A DNA stretch of 64,000 nt from a virus, in the IMG/VR virus record IMGVR_UViG_3300005617_000028, positions 65,140-129,139 of that record; one strand, written 5' to 3'. The translations under genes were made by a program, and so were the position numbers. Of this stretch, positions 18,675 through 26,832 are shown one piece after another; the first letter of the stretch is position 1, and each line of letters opens with the position of its first letter. The notes beneath the pieces are model-generated. The model was not told the origin of the DNA, did not search any database, and saw only the letters and a program-made list of their open reading frames with translations.

Positions 18675-19697
18675 ATGACTGCCGAAATGACTCGATTCGC
18701 CCGATCGCTGGACAGTACGGAATTTCAGCCGTTGAACGGCAGGCGTGACCCGTTCGATCTACTGTCCAGTGTGAGTGCCAACGTTGGCGACGCACAGACC
18801 ATGATGGAAACGGCCGGCGTACTCGGTTGGTCGCCGGAAATGATTCCGCTATCCGGAATGGATAGCGTCGGCAACATGTACGAAACTCCGGCCAGCAATT
18901 ACGGAATCGTCGTACCGACCTATCCGACAGGTCCGGCCTATTTCGGTCAGGCTCACAAGGATTTCAAATTCATCCGTCCGGAAGCGTTGCATCCGCTGAT
19001 CGACGCGATTGTCGCGCACGGCAATCCGCTCACGGGGATTATTCCGGGCCCGGTTACCCGATTCGTCTTCGATTCTAAACTGATCGACATCACGCCGTAT
19101 AGCAAGGCAGCGGCTGAGAACATCGGCGAAATTATCCGTGTGCGCTGGCAACTGGACCTCGGCAACACTGGCAAGAATTCCCTTGTCATTGGCCAGAAGG
19201 GTATGCGTCTAATCTGCGCGAATGGGGTGAGTACGGCTTCGTCAATGGGTAGCGTGTCGATCTCGCATAGCAATCTCGCGCCGGGCAAGATCGCTGCCAC
19301 GGTCGATCGGATCATGAGTCAGGGAAACATCGGACTCGATAAGTGGATTACGGACGCTCGCCAGACGATCAACGCTCGCTTGACACTGGACGGAGCACTC
19401 GCACTGTGGGCGGATCTGTTCTCATGGACTGACGACAAGGACGGGCGCGCGCTCACCACACAAGACTCGCAGCGTGCGACGCTTACCCAGCTCTGGCGGT
19501 CCCCTACCCAGACGATCACGTACCCGGAAACAGCGTGGGCGTTTTTCGGCGCGACAACCGAATACCTCGACCATGAGGCGACCGTCCGATTTGGTGGCGA
19601 CACTCGTGAGCGTGCGCTCGCACGTCGGGTAGTCGAGTCCGCTCCGGCCGTCGAGTCCGTCAAGAATCGCGCATGGGAGATGGCGCTAGCCGTCTAG
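18675..19697 (+). CDS. DUF932-like protein
   Basis: GMRLICANG, ISH, TAWAFFGATTEYLDH, K.RAWE.AL motifs. Confidence 0.8.
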   Translation: MTAEMTRFARSLDSTEFQPLNGRRDPFDLLSSVSANVGDAQTMMETAGVLGWSPEMIPLSGMDSVGNMYETPASNYGIVVPTYPTGPAYFGQAHKDFKFIRPEALHPLIDAIVAHGNPLTGIIPGPVTRFVFDSKLIDITPYSKAAAENIGEIIRVRWQLDLGNTGKNSLVIGQKGMRLICANGVSTASSMGSVSISHSNLAPGKIAATVDRIMSQGNIGLDKWITDARQTINARLTLDGALALWADLFSWTDDKDGRALTTQDSQRATLTQLWRSPTQTITYPETAWAFFGATTEYLDHEATVRFGGDTRERALARRVVESAPAVESVKNRAWEMALAV

Positions 19698-19712
19698 GCA
19701 ACGCGCACGGGT

Positions 19713-19750
19713 GAGGCGAGGGGACAGTCCCCTCGCCTCGCTCTTGTTTG
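19713..19750 (+). terminator. Intrinsic terminator
   Basis: GAGGCGAGGGGA-CAG-TCCCCTCGCCTC followed by T-rich tract. Confidence 0.85.
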
Positions 19751-19855
19751 TCATACGTACGTTGTTCGTTTGACTTAGGTACAGCACGGATGCTAGTTTG
19801 ACATCTCAACCAAACGGCCACGGATAATCGGGCCCAGAGCAAAGGATCAGCCATC

Positions 19856-20188
19856 ATGGATGTCAACGCTACGTGGTCAGAAATTCTCGCCATCCTGTCG
19901 CAGCCGATGACATCGGAAAACGCAGACCGGCTCGAAGAGCTTGCCTACGCGCTTGACGGTTGGCTTGCGCGTGGCGGTTACGCTCCCGGTACTTGGCCGG
20001 TAGGCACACTCGGGTACTACCGCCACGCATGCGCTTACGGTGAGTCGGTAGGCATGTCCGATGGCGAGTGCGTCACGTACGCCGCATGGTTCGTGGCGGA
20101 ATGGGCAACCGACATCGACACAGACACGGATCACACTCGCGAGGTAGTGCGCTTCCGTCGGATCATGAGCGTCGCCACGGTCGTCTAG
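19856..20188 (+). CDS. Two-module hypothetical protein
   Basis: MD.NAT...ALDGWL.RGG..P..W N-module; C-module shared with 20615-21016. Confidence 0.75.
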   Translation: MDVNATWSEILAILSQPMTSENADRLEELAYALDGWLARGGYAPGTWPVGTLGYYRHACAYGESVGMSDGECVTYAAWFVAEWATDIDTDTDHTREVVRFRRIMSVATVV

Positions 20189-20192
20189 CCCG

Positions 20193-20243
20193 TACGCCGC
20201 AACGCGGAACCGCGCCACCCAAACCATGGGTGGCGCGGTTTCT
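20193..20243 (+). terminator. Terminator, duplicated at ~21022-21070
   Basis: TACGCCGCAACGCGG-AACCGCGCCACCCA-N5-TGGGTGGCGCGGTT-TCT. Confidence 0.85.
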
Positions 20244-20305
20244 GTATCTGCCCTACATCTGTAGTCTGTTTGACTTAGGTACCCTCGCCACGGTACCGTG
20301 CGCCT

Positions 20306-20515
20306 ATGAGTCGTGATACCGCAGAGAACCGCGCCGCGTACGTCCGTGGTTGGGCTGCGTCCGTTCGCCACGCAGAAGGCGCCTTAGAACGCGCCGATGA
20401 TCGTGGCGAAATCGGCGCATGGTACGACGGATATCTCGACTACGCAGCCGATCGGCCGAAGTGGCACACGCTGCGTTGCCTAAGCGATAACCACGACACG
20501 TGCGACACGCCTTAA
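20306..20515 (+). CDS. Hypothetical protein, probably leaderless
   Basis: ATG 6 nt after the -10 of a family B promoter. Confidence 0.7.
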   Translation: MSRDTAENRAAYVRGWAASVRHAEGALERADDRGEIGAWYDGYLDYAADRPKWHTLRCLSDNHDTCDTP

Positions 20516-20614
20516 ATCTGTACCTCGTTTGACTTAGGTACTCTCGCCACGGTACGTTGACATCTCAACCAAACGGCCACGCATAATCGGCCACGCGCTA
20601 CGGAGGTTCCACCC

Positions 20615-21016
20615 ATGGTCAGCTACTCCACAGATGAGATGATCAACATTCTGCGTTCCGGCCACGGCTACTCGCCAGACGACGTTACGTCGGTCCTAGA
20701 TCAACTCATCTCGGCCGGACTGGACACTGTGACCGAGAATGAGGCTAGCGGCTACACGTTCACTGTCGATGAATTGCGTACCGCGTTGCTGCAGCTCATC
20801 GCACGGGTACCTATGGCGCTGCAGTCGTGGCTTTGGCGCCACGCATACTACTACGCCGAGGTAGTTCATCACATGTACGCCGATGAGTGTGAGGCGTACG
20901 CGGAGTGGTTCACGCTGCGATACGCCGACCCGTTGACACTGACCACGGCTATCTGTCACTCACGCGAGGTTCCGGTATGGCGCGCCACGGTACCGACCAT
21001 GGTCACGCTCGGCTAG
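20615..21016 (+). CDS. Two-module hypothetical protein
   Basis: GGAGG RBS after a family B promoter. Confidence 0.75.
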   Translation: MVSYSTDEMINILRSGHGYSPDDVTSVLDQLISAGLDTVTENEASGYTFTVDELRTALLQLIARVPMALQSWLWRHAYYYAEVVHHMYADECEAYAEWFTLRYADPLTLTTAICHSREVPVWRATVPTMVTLG

Positions 21017-21021
21017 CCGCT

Positions 21022-21070
21022 TACGCCGCAACGCGGAACGCGCCACCCAACCATGGGTGGCGCGGTTTTC
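21022..21070 (+). terminator. Terminator, copy 2
   Basis: CGCGCCACCCA-N4-TGGGTGGCGCG-GTTTT. Confidence 0.85.
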
Positions 21071-22110
21071 GTATGTCCGGCCGACGTGACCACAGAAACA
21101 GCGCTTTCCGCCGACTTCCCGATTCTCCCAGAAAAGCCAAGAGGCCCGTAGAGCCGATCGCTACCCGTTGTCTGTCGGGATGGTAAGCCCATCCCTGCCT
21201 ACCCTGCCCGATCGCTGCCCTACGGACACCACAGAGGCTCTGGCGACCCATCCTCCGGACCATGGGTCCCCAACCGATGATGTGACCTCTGTACCGTCCG
21301 GCTACTCGTGGCCAACTCGGCCAATCATCAGGGAACCGCGTGCGCTCACGTACCCGTACCGCGTAGCCGGCTAACCGTCGGGACCGCTTACGTACCCGTG
21401 CGACTGTGAACCGCTAGCCGGTACCCGTACGGTCAGCACACGTGGCAGTCACCTTCAGTTGGGGCTTACTGTCAGAATCGCTGGCCACGCTCATTCGCAC
21501 GCTGATCGATCCGAGCATGTCCGGCTAGTCCGAGCCTGACTGTATCGCGTCCCAGAGTCCATTTCTGCCAGATCGACGCTACCGGCTCAGAACGGCTACA
21601 GGGTCCACGGGTACCAACTTGGCATGCTGGACCGCGTATGGGCCTCTGTGGCTGTCGCAAGCCCTACCGTGGCGCGGTTCGTACCCTGCCAATCGGGAGC
21701 GTGGCTTGCCATTCTGAACATGGGTGACCGATCGGTCGGGTACGTGACCTAGCGTCCGATATTGTCGGCAATCCCTTACGCCGCAACGGATGTAGCCTCG
21801 CCACGACGCTTGCGCTCCATAAAGGACGTTGAGTGGATCATGCGAAAACGCTAGTTGATCTTTCCTACCCGATCCAGCACCAGACAAGATCAACCCATGC
21901 CCGAAAGCCCGATCACGCTGATCCGTGGGCACCTATGATCGGGCAGGCTTTCGGGCAGGGTCGGAACAGGACCTATCGGCTGCTAGAGCGACGCTTGCCA
22001 TGGGTGCCCAGAGGTACGCTTTTGGGCATGGCTATCTGTGCGCAATTCCTGTAGCGTCACGGGTAGCGCGCACCCATCGGAACGCGCACCGGTCACGGAA
22101 GTAGGGACCC

Positions 22111-22260
22111 ATGGACGAACAATGCGAGTACGGGGACTGTGTCTCAGAGGACGGCTACGGCACGTGCGAGGGATGCGGCCACCCGATGTCGGTTGATCAC
22201 TCGCCTGTGAGCGTGCGCAGCACGTGCGAAGACGCTCCCTGTTGCGGATGTTGCTCATGA
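22111..22260 (+). CDS. 49-aa Cys-rich protein ending CEDAPCCGCCS
   Basis: Hand-translated; preceded by GGTC-acggaagtagg-GACC start element. Confidence 0.7.
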   Translation: MDEQCEYGDCVSEDGYGTCEGCGHPMSVDHSPVSVRSTCEDAPCCGCCS

Positions 22261-22451
22261 GCGCGACACGGCACAGTTGCGGCGGGCCCGTGTTCGGTCG
22301 CCTCACCGATGGTTGCCCGCGTTGCGACGAACTGAGGGATGGCGCCACGCCCATCAAGGTCACGTGGTACGACGCGCCACGCTACAGCGGCGGGCCCGTG
22401 CACCGGTGCTCGGGTACCTGCCCTAGGACGTGCACCGGTGGTGACTGGTGA
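22257..22451 (+). CDS. Small Cys/His protein
   Basis: ATGA-coupled; HSCGGPVFGR...CPRCDEL..G...H.C...C...CT.GDW. Confidence 0.7.
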   Translation: MSATRHSCGGPVFGRLTDGCPRCDELRDGATPIKVTWYDAPRYSGGPVHRCSGTCPRTCTGGDW

Positions 22452-22470
22452 GCCGCTAGCGCGTACGCGC

Positions 22471-22500
22471 ACGGGCCCGAGGAGCGCTCCTCGGGCCCGT
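22471..22500. terminator. 30-bp perfect palindrome
   Basis: ACGGGCCCGAGGAGCGCTCCTCGGGCCCGT. Confidence 0.75.
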
Positions 22501-22599
22501 TCGTGCGTCCGGACCATCGGCTGATCGGTCGGCAAATTCTGACCGCTCGGCCTATTGACTTTCCGCATATGGGGGTATTCGGACATGGCTCCGGCCGGG

Positions 22600-22900
22600 T
22601 CAAATTTTTTCCGCCTGGCTACGTAGCCCAAGAATTTTCTGGAATTTCTACGGATTTCCCAGAACCATCAAGATCCACTAAAGACCGGCTAACAAGATCC
22701 ACTAAAGACAGCGTGCGGTGAGGCTTCCCCGTACGGAGCCCGCGGTGAGCCCCGCCGGTGAGAGCCTCGGTACGAACACCAGACGGCGCCGGCGAGCTAA
22801 CAAGATCCACTATCGGTAGCAACACGGGGATTTTGCGCGCAATCAAGATCATCTGGATCCTGGCTCCGCGGGCTGGCAGAAACTCGGATCAAGATCGTTT
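22600..22900. repeat. AT-rich tract plus CAAGATC(CACTA) direct repeats; possible origin or packaging site
   Basis: CAAGATCCACTA at 22669, 22693, 22801; CAAGATC at 22844, 22890. Confidence 0.6.
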
Positions 22901-23097
22901 TTCAGGATTCCGCTACGGGGTACCAGCGCCGACACTTTGACGGGGGAAAGGGGCCCCGCGGAGGTCTACCGGGAGGGGTCCCGGTAATGTGGGGGCGAAG
23001 CCGGGCAAGATACCGCGAAACGACACCGTAAAACGGCCTGAGATGGCCGTAGAGCCACGAAAACGGCTCCGGGGTGGTGACGGGAAGGGTGTGGGGC

Positions 23098-23463
23098 ATG
23101 GCGGAGGTGCGCGCTTTGGTGGCGGTGCCCGGCCAGGAGGTGAAGATGGCCCGCTTCGTGCCGTCACCGGGGGAGTTTCTGAACATCGTCGGCGGGGAGG
23201 TCCACCGGATCGGCCCGGAGGTGTCCCAGGCCCTTTCCGGCTGGCACGGCTACGTCAACGCCCGTGGCGGTTCGGAGAACGCCCGCTTCAACGTGGTGGC
23301 GACCGCGCTGGCCCGGGCCGCCGGCGGCTGGCCCGACGACGTGTTTCTGGGCACGGCGGTGTTTCTGGGGGACACCCCGAGCCACCCGGAGGCGGACATC
23401 CCGGAGCGGCTGCTGGCGTTGGGCCTGCGGATGGGGCTGTGGCGCTCCCGGGAGGCCAGGTGA
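23098..23463 (+). CDS. DUF3846-like protein
   Basis: VGG.V....YVN..G......N..AT.L......D...G.AVFLG. Confidence 0.6.
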   Translation: MAEVRALVAVPGQEVKMARFVPSPGEFLNIVGGEVHRIGPEVSQALSGWHGYVNARGGSENARFNVVATALARAAGGWPDDVFLGTAVFLGDTPSHPEADIPERLLALGLRMGLWRSREAR

Positions 23464-23675
23464 GGCCCGCGGACGGCCCGACGGCGGCGGGTCCCGAGCC
23501 CCACGGCGCGTTCGTGTGCCCGCTGTGCGGCCGGAGTTCAGCCAATCCGCGGGACCTGGCGGAGCGGTACTGCGGCGGGTGCCACCGCTTCGTCGACGAC
23601 GGCGTCCCGGACGACCCCGTGGCCGGCCCGCCAGGGCCGCTGACAGCCCCGCAGCCGGCCCGGGAGGCGACGTGA
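23460..23675 (+). CDS. Small Zn-finger protein
   Basis: CPLCGRSS.NP.D...RYCGGCH. Confidence 0.65.
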   Translation: MRPADGPTAAGPEPHGAFVCPLCGRSSANPRDLAERYCGGCHRFVDDGVPDDPVAGPPGPLTAPQPAREAT

Positions 23676-23968
23676 GCCCCCCGCTGTCCCGCGACGGTGA
23701 CGACGCGCTGGTGGCGTCCACGGGGCCGCTTCGGCGGGCGGTGGCGGCGAAGCTGTCCGCCTCGATGACCAGGACGCTGGCCGGCTGGACCAGCTGGGCC
23801 CTGGACGCGGCGCTGAGCGGGGTTCACGGCTGGCTGCTCAGCGACGACGTGGTGGCGGTGGTGACGTCCGCGCTGGACCGGGCCGAGGGTGAGAACGAGT
23901 CCGTCACCAACACCCAGCGGGCCGGCTACGTGGTGGCGGCGCTGGCCCGCTGTCTGGCCCGCCGGTGA
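23672..23968 (+). CDS. Hypothetical protein
   Basis: GGAGG RBS; GTGA coupling. Confidence 0.6.
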   Translation: MSPPLSRDGDDALVASTGPLRRAVAAKLSASMTRTLAGWTSWALDAALSGVHGWLLSDDVVAVVTSALDRAEGENESVTNTQRAGYVVAALARCLARR

Positions 23969-24348
23969 GCCCCCAGCCGGACCCGGCGACCGCCCAGGAG
24001 GCCCGGCTACGGGCCCAGCTCGGCGACGCGCTGTGCCGGATCCAGCGGGCCCACCTGGCCGTGGCGGGGCGCCGCTGGGTGTCGGTGGCCAGGCTGCTGG
24101 CGGCGCTGGACGGCCCGGTGGCGACGCCGGTCCCCGCGGACCCGCCCGCGCCGGGGCTGAGCCTGAGCGCCGCGTACGAGGAGACGCCGTGGTGGGCCCA
24201 CCGGGAGGGTGTTCCGGTCGGTGAGGTGGTGCTGCGGCTCAACGCGGCGGAGGTCTGCCGCTGGCCGTCGGCACCGCCCGGCCCGGGCGACGACCTGGCC
24301 GTGTTCATCGGCGAGAAGCTGGGCCGGATCCTCGCCGCGGACGGCTAA
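23965..24348 (+). CDS. Hypothetical protein
   Basis: GTGA-coupled. Confidence 0.6.
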   Translation: MSPQPDPATAQEARLRAQLGDALCRIQRAHLAVAGRRWVSVARLLAALDGPVATPVPADPPAPGLSLSAAYEETPWWAHREGVPVGEVVLRLNAAEVCRWPSAPPGPGDDLAVFIGEKLGRILAADG

Positions 24349-24820
24349 TCGACGGCTAGTGACGGCAAAATTAGCCGTCCCGGACGCGGAAACGTGCGGT
24401 CGGCCCGGGTTTTGCCGCCAAACCGCCCACAGTCGCCGAACCGGCCCGCTAATCTGGACCGCGAGGCGCCGTCCTACGGCCCGCCTACCGTGTCGAGCAC
24501 CGACACCCGCCAGTACCGCTGCACCAACCGCAGGGCGGTCCGCCGCCCACCCGCCAGGACCGCGGAAGCCGACAGAGCTAACCTCCGTCACCCGCAACCC
24601 CAACCCACCGCAACATGACCGGTCTTTGCGACGGCAGCCACAGCCCCTCAGCAGGGTGAGGTATCAGTCCGACAAACACGCACCAAGGCCGGCGTCGAGC
24701 ACCGCAGCGGGACCGGGTCGAACGGAGCCACACAGCACGGCACGCCTTCGGGTGTGTGGCCCGGCGTGGATTCTTCATAGCGGGCCCGGCACGACAACGC
24801 AGCGTCCTACGGGAGACCGG

Positions 24821-25048
24821 ATGAGCGTGGCACCGCCCGACGGCGGAACCCCGCCGACCGAGCCCCCACCGAAGGTGGAGACGACCCTCACCGTCAACGA
24901 GGCGCTGGCCAATGCGGCCCGGTTGTTGCGGGCGGCGGAAATGGAAACGAATCTGGCCCTCATGGAGCGGCTGGAAAAGCTCGCCGACTCGTGGACCTCC
25001 ATCGCCGGCATGCTCATCTCGGCCGCCGAGCTGGGGGAGCCGGATTGA
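24821..25048 (+). CDS. Hypothetical helical protein
   Basis: GGGAG RBS, ATG. Confidence 0.6.
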   Translation: MSVAPPDGGTPPTEPPPKVETTLTVNEALANAARLLRAAEMETNLALMERLEKLADSWTSIAGMLISAAELGEPD

Positions 25049-25287
25049 CGTTGGCGACCCACCGTTTCGTCAGGTAGGCCGAAAACGGCCGACAAGTTGG
25101 CGCCGGTCTCCAAAACGGCGCTGAATAGCGTTGTCAGGTCGCGTTCAGACCTGTGGCGAGGCCTCGAATTCGGTTTTCACCGTAACCGGGGCCAGGAATA
25201 CCGCGCCCATGTCGAATGACATGGGCCAATAGTGTGCGGCCCCCGGTGAGTCGGGCGTCGAATGTGACGCCGTCGTCGTCCGCTCAA

Positions 25288-25560
25288 TCAGGATGGCGGC
25301 GCCGGGCGCGCCCGCCACAGTTCCGCCGGGTCGACCTCTTGCGCGGTGGCGTCCTCGTCGGCCAGTGACTTGACGACCCCCGGCTCGGACAGGATGTCCA
25401 GCGTCTCCTGCAGTGCGGCCAGGGCTTCCACGGCGAGGATCACCACGGTCGGTACGCCGTCCTGGGTAATCGCCACCCGGTCCTCGGTGCCGGCCACGTC
25501 GGCGACCAACGAGGACAGCTGTTCGCCGGCCTGGGTGAGGGACACGGTTGCCACAATCAT
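25288..25560 (-). CDS. Phd/YefM-family antitoxin (orphan)
   Basis: VSLTQA...LSSLV..V......VAIT.DG.P.VVIL.......LQETLDILS.P. Confidence 0.8.
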   Translation of the reverse strand: MIVATVSLTQAGEQLSSLVADVAGTEDRVAITQDGVPTVVILAVEALAALQETLDILSEPGVVKSLADEDATAQEVDPAELWRARPAPPS

Positions 25561-25658
25561 GCGTGAACCCTAGCTGCTAGGCGACCCAGGTCTACACGTG
25601 TTTCCTGGACCCTTCGGCAATCCCGGGTGACGGGTCCCGGGGCGTCTACGCTGGCGGG

Positions 25659-26027
25659 ATGACGCTGCGACACGAGGCCGAGGCCGCGGTGGGTTTGGAA
25701 GACACGGTCAAGGCGGAAGACGGCACCGTCCACCACATCCGCTTGATCTCCAATGTGGAGGCCGGATGGCGCTACGAGGTGTTCTCCGCCGATGAGCGGC
25801 TGATCGGGTTCCTGTTCCTGCACCGCTGCGACGTCCCCGGCGCGCAGTGGCGCCTGGCTGTGCTGGACGTCGACAACGAGACGGTGTGGAACCCTCCGGG
25901 GGTGGAAGGCCAGCCGAGACTGTCGGTACCGGGGTGGGCCGCGTCTGCTGGCTGTCAGGCTAGCGCGTTCGAAGCGCTGATCGAGCTGCGGCTCTGGATG
26001 AGCCGGCCGGTGGCGATTCCGACATAA
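25659..26027 (+). CDS. Hypothetical protein
   Basis: ORF with plausible codon usage. Confidence 0.55.
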   Translation: MTLRHEAEAAVGLEDTVKAEDGTVHHIRLISNVEAGWRYEVFSADERLIGFLFLHRCDVPGAQWRLAVLDVDNETVWNPPGVEGQPRLSVPGWAASAGCQASAFEALIELRLWMSRPVAIPT

Positions 26028-26097
26028 CACCCGGGGTGGCGTTGGGTCGGTTGGCCTGGTCGGGCCTATTCTGACGTTTCGGGGAGGGAGGTGCGTT

Positions 26098-26658
26098 GTG
26101 ACGATGACTGAGGTTGGCCGCCTGGCGGTGCCCGCTCGGCCCCTGTCCGTGGAGGACTGGCTTGACCTGGACGTGGACGGCGAGCTGGCCAAGCGCGTCG
26201 AGCTTCAGGGCGGGGGCCTGATCATCATGGCGCCTCCGGTGAGCGGCCACGCGATGGTGATCAGCCGGTTGATGGGCTGGCTGCTGCGGGCCGGCCTCGA
26301 ACCCAACCGGGTGCTGGCCGGTGTCGGCCTGATCACCGGTCCCGCCACCGCCCGGATCCCCGATCTCGTGGTGTTACGGCGGGCGCCCAGTGCGCGGGTC
26401 CGGGCGTTCCAGCCCGGTGACGTGGTCCTGGCGGTGGAGGTGGTCAGTCCCAGCACCGCGGCGCAGGACCGCCAGGTGAAGCCCGACGAGTACGCGGCCG
26501 CCGGCGTGGAGTGGTTCTGGCGGGTGGAGGGCGCCCACAGCCCGGATACCGCGATGGTGCATCCGGCGCACCGCATGCGGGTCGGTCTGGATCCGCTGGA
26601 CCCGCTGCCGCTGGCTGCTGTTCTGGTGGACGACCCGACCCGGCTGTTCGGTGGCTGA
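26098..26658 (+). CDS. Uma2-family PD-(D/E)XK endonuclease-like protein
   Basis: RVEL.GG....P...H, RIPDLVV, LAVEVVSPST...DR..K..EYAAAGV.WFWRV. Confidence 0.85.
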   Translation: MTMTEVGRLAVPARPLSVEDWLDLDVDGELAKRVELQGGGLIIMAPPVSGHAMVISRLMGWLLRAGLEPNRVLAGVGLITGPATARIPDLVVLRRAPSARVRAFQPGDVVLAVEVVSPSTAAQDRQVKPDEYAAAGVEWFWRVEGAHSPDTAMVHPAHRMRVGLDPLDPLPLAAVLVDDPTRLFGG

Positions 26659-26832
26659 CGCGCCGACGCAGCGGGCGATACGAGCGGACGACCGGCTGCG
26701 GTGCGACGTTGTACGTAGGTAATGGGTTGGCGCAGCTGCTCGCGGCCGGCTGGACGTGGCAGGACGGTCCGGGCGACCTTGTGGCCGGAAAGCGGATCAG
26801 GTACCTGCGGGCGCCCCACGTACGCTGCTGAA

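Larger units (their letters stand above)
9044..20558 (+). promoter_or_regulatory. Family B repeated promoters, TTGAC(T/G)TA(G/A)GT...TAnnnT with 18-bp spacer (8 copies)
   Basis: -35 at 9044, 12754, 13085, 15920, 17782, 19770, 20270, 20529; -10 TACCAT/TACCTT/TATCTT/TACGTT/TACGTT/TAGTTT/TACCGT/TACGTT each exactly 18 bp downstream. Confidence 0.85.

Noticed and set aside
19797-19830. Second promoter TTGACA...GATAAT (also at ~20557)
   Set aside because: Spacer is 19 bp and the -10 lacks the first T; more likely part of the duplicated leader.
9561-20560. Repeated leaders as a CRISPR array or integron attC sites
   Set aside because: Intervals are 0.25-1.4 kb whole genes, not 30-40 bp spacers. No RYYYAAC...GTTRRRY ends and no tyrosine integrase or cas operon in the window; the lone Cas4-like gene sits in a replication operon.
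24349-24820. Intergenic region with a CACGCC-TTCG-GGTGTG hairpin and short repeats as an ncRNA or tRNA
   Set aside because: No cloverleaf or T-loop consensus; isolated hairpins are expected at this GC content. No tRNA was recognised anywhere in the window.
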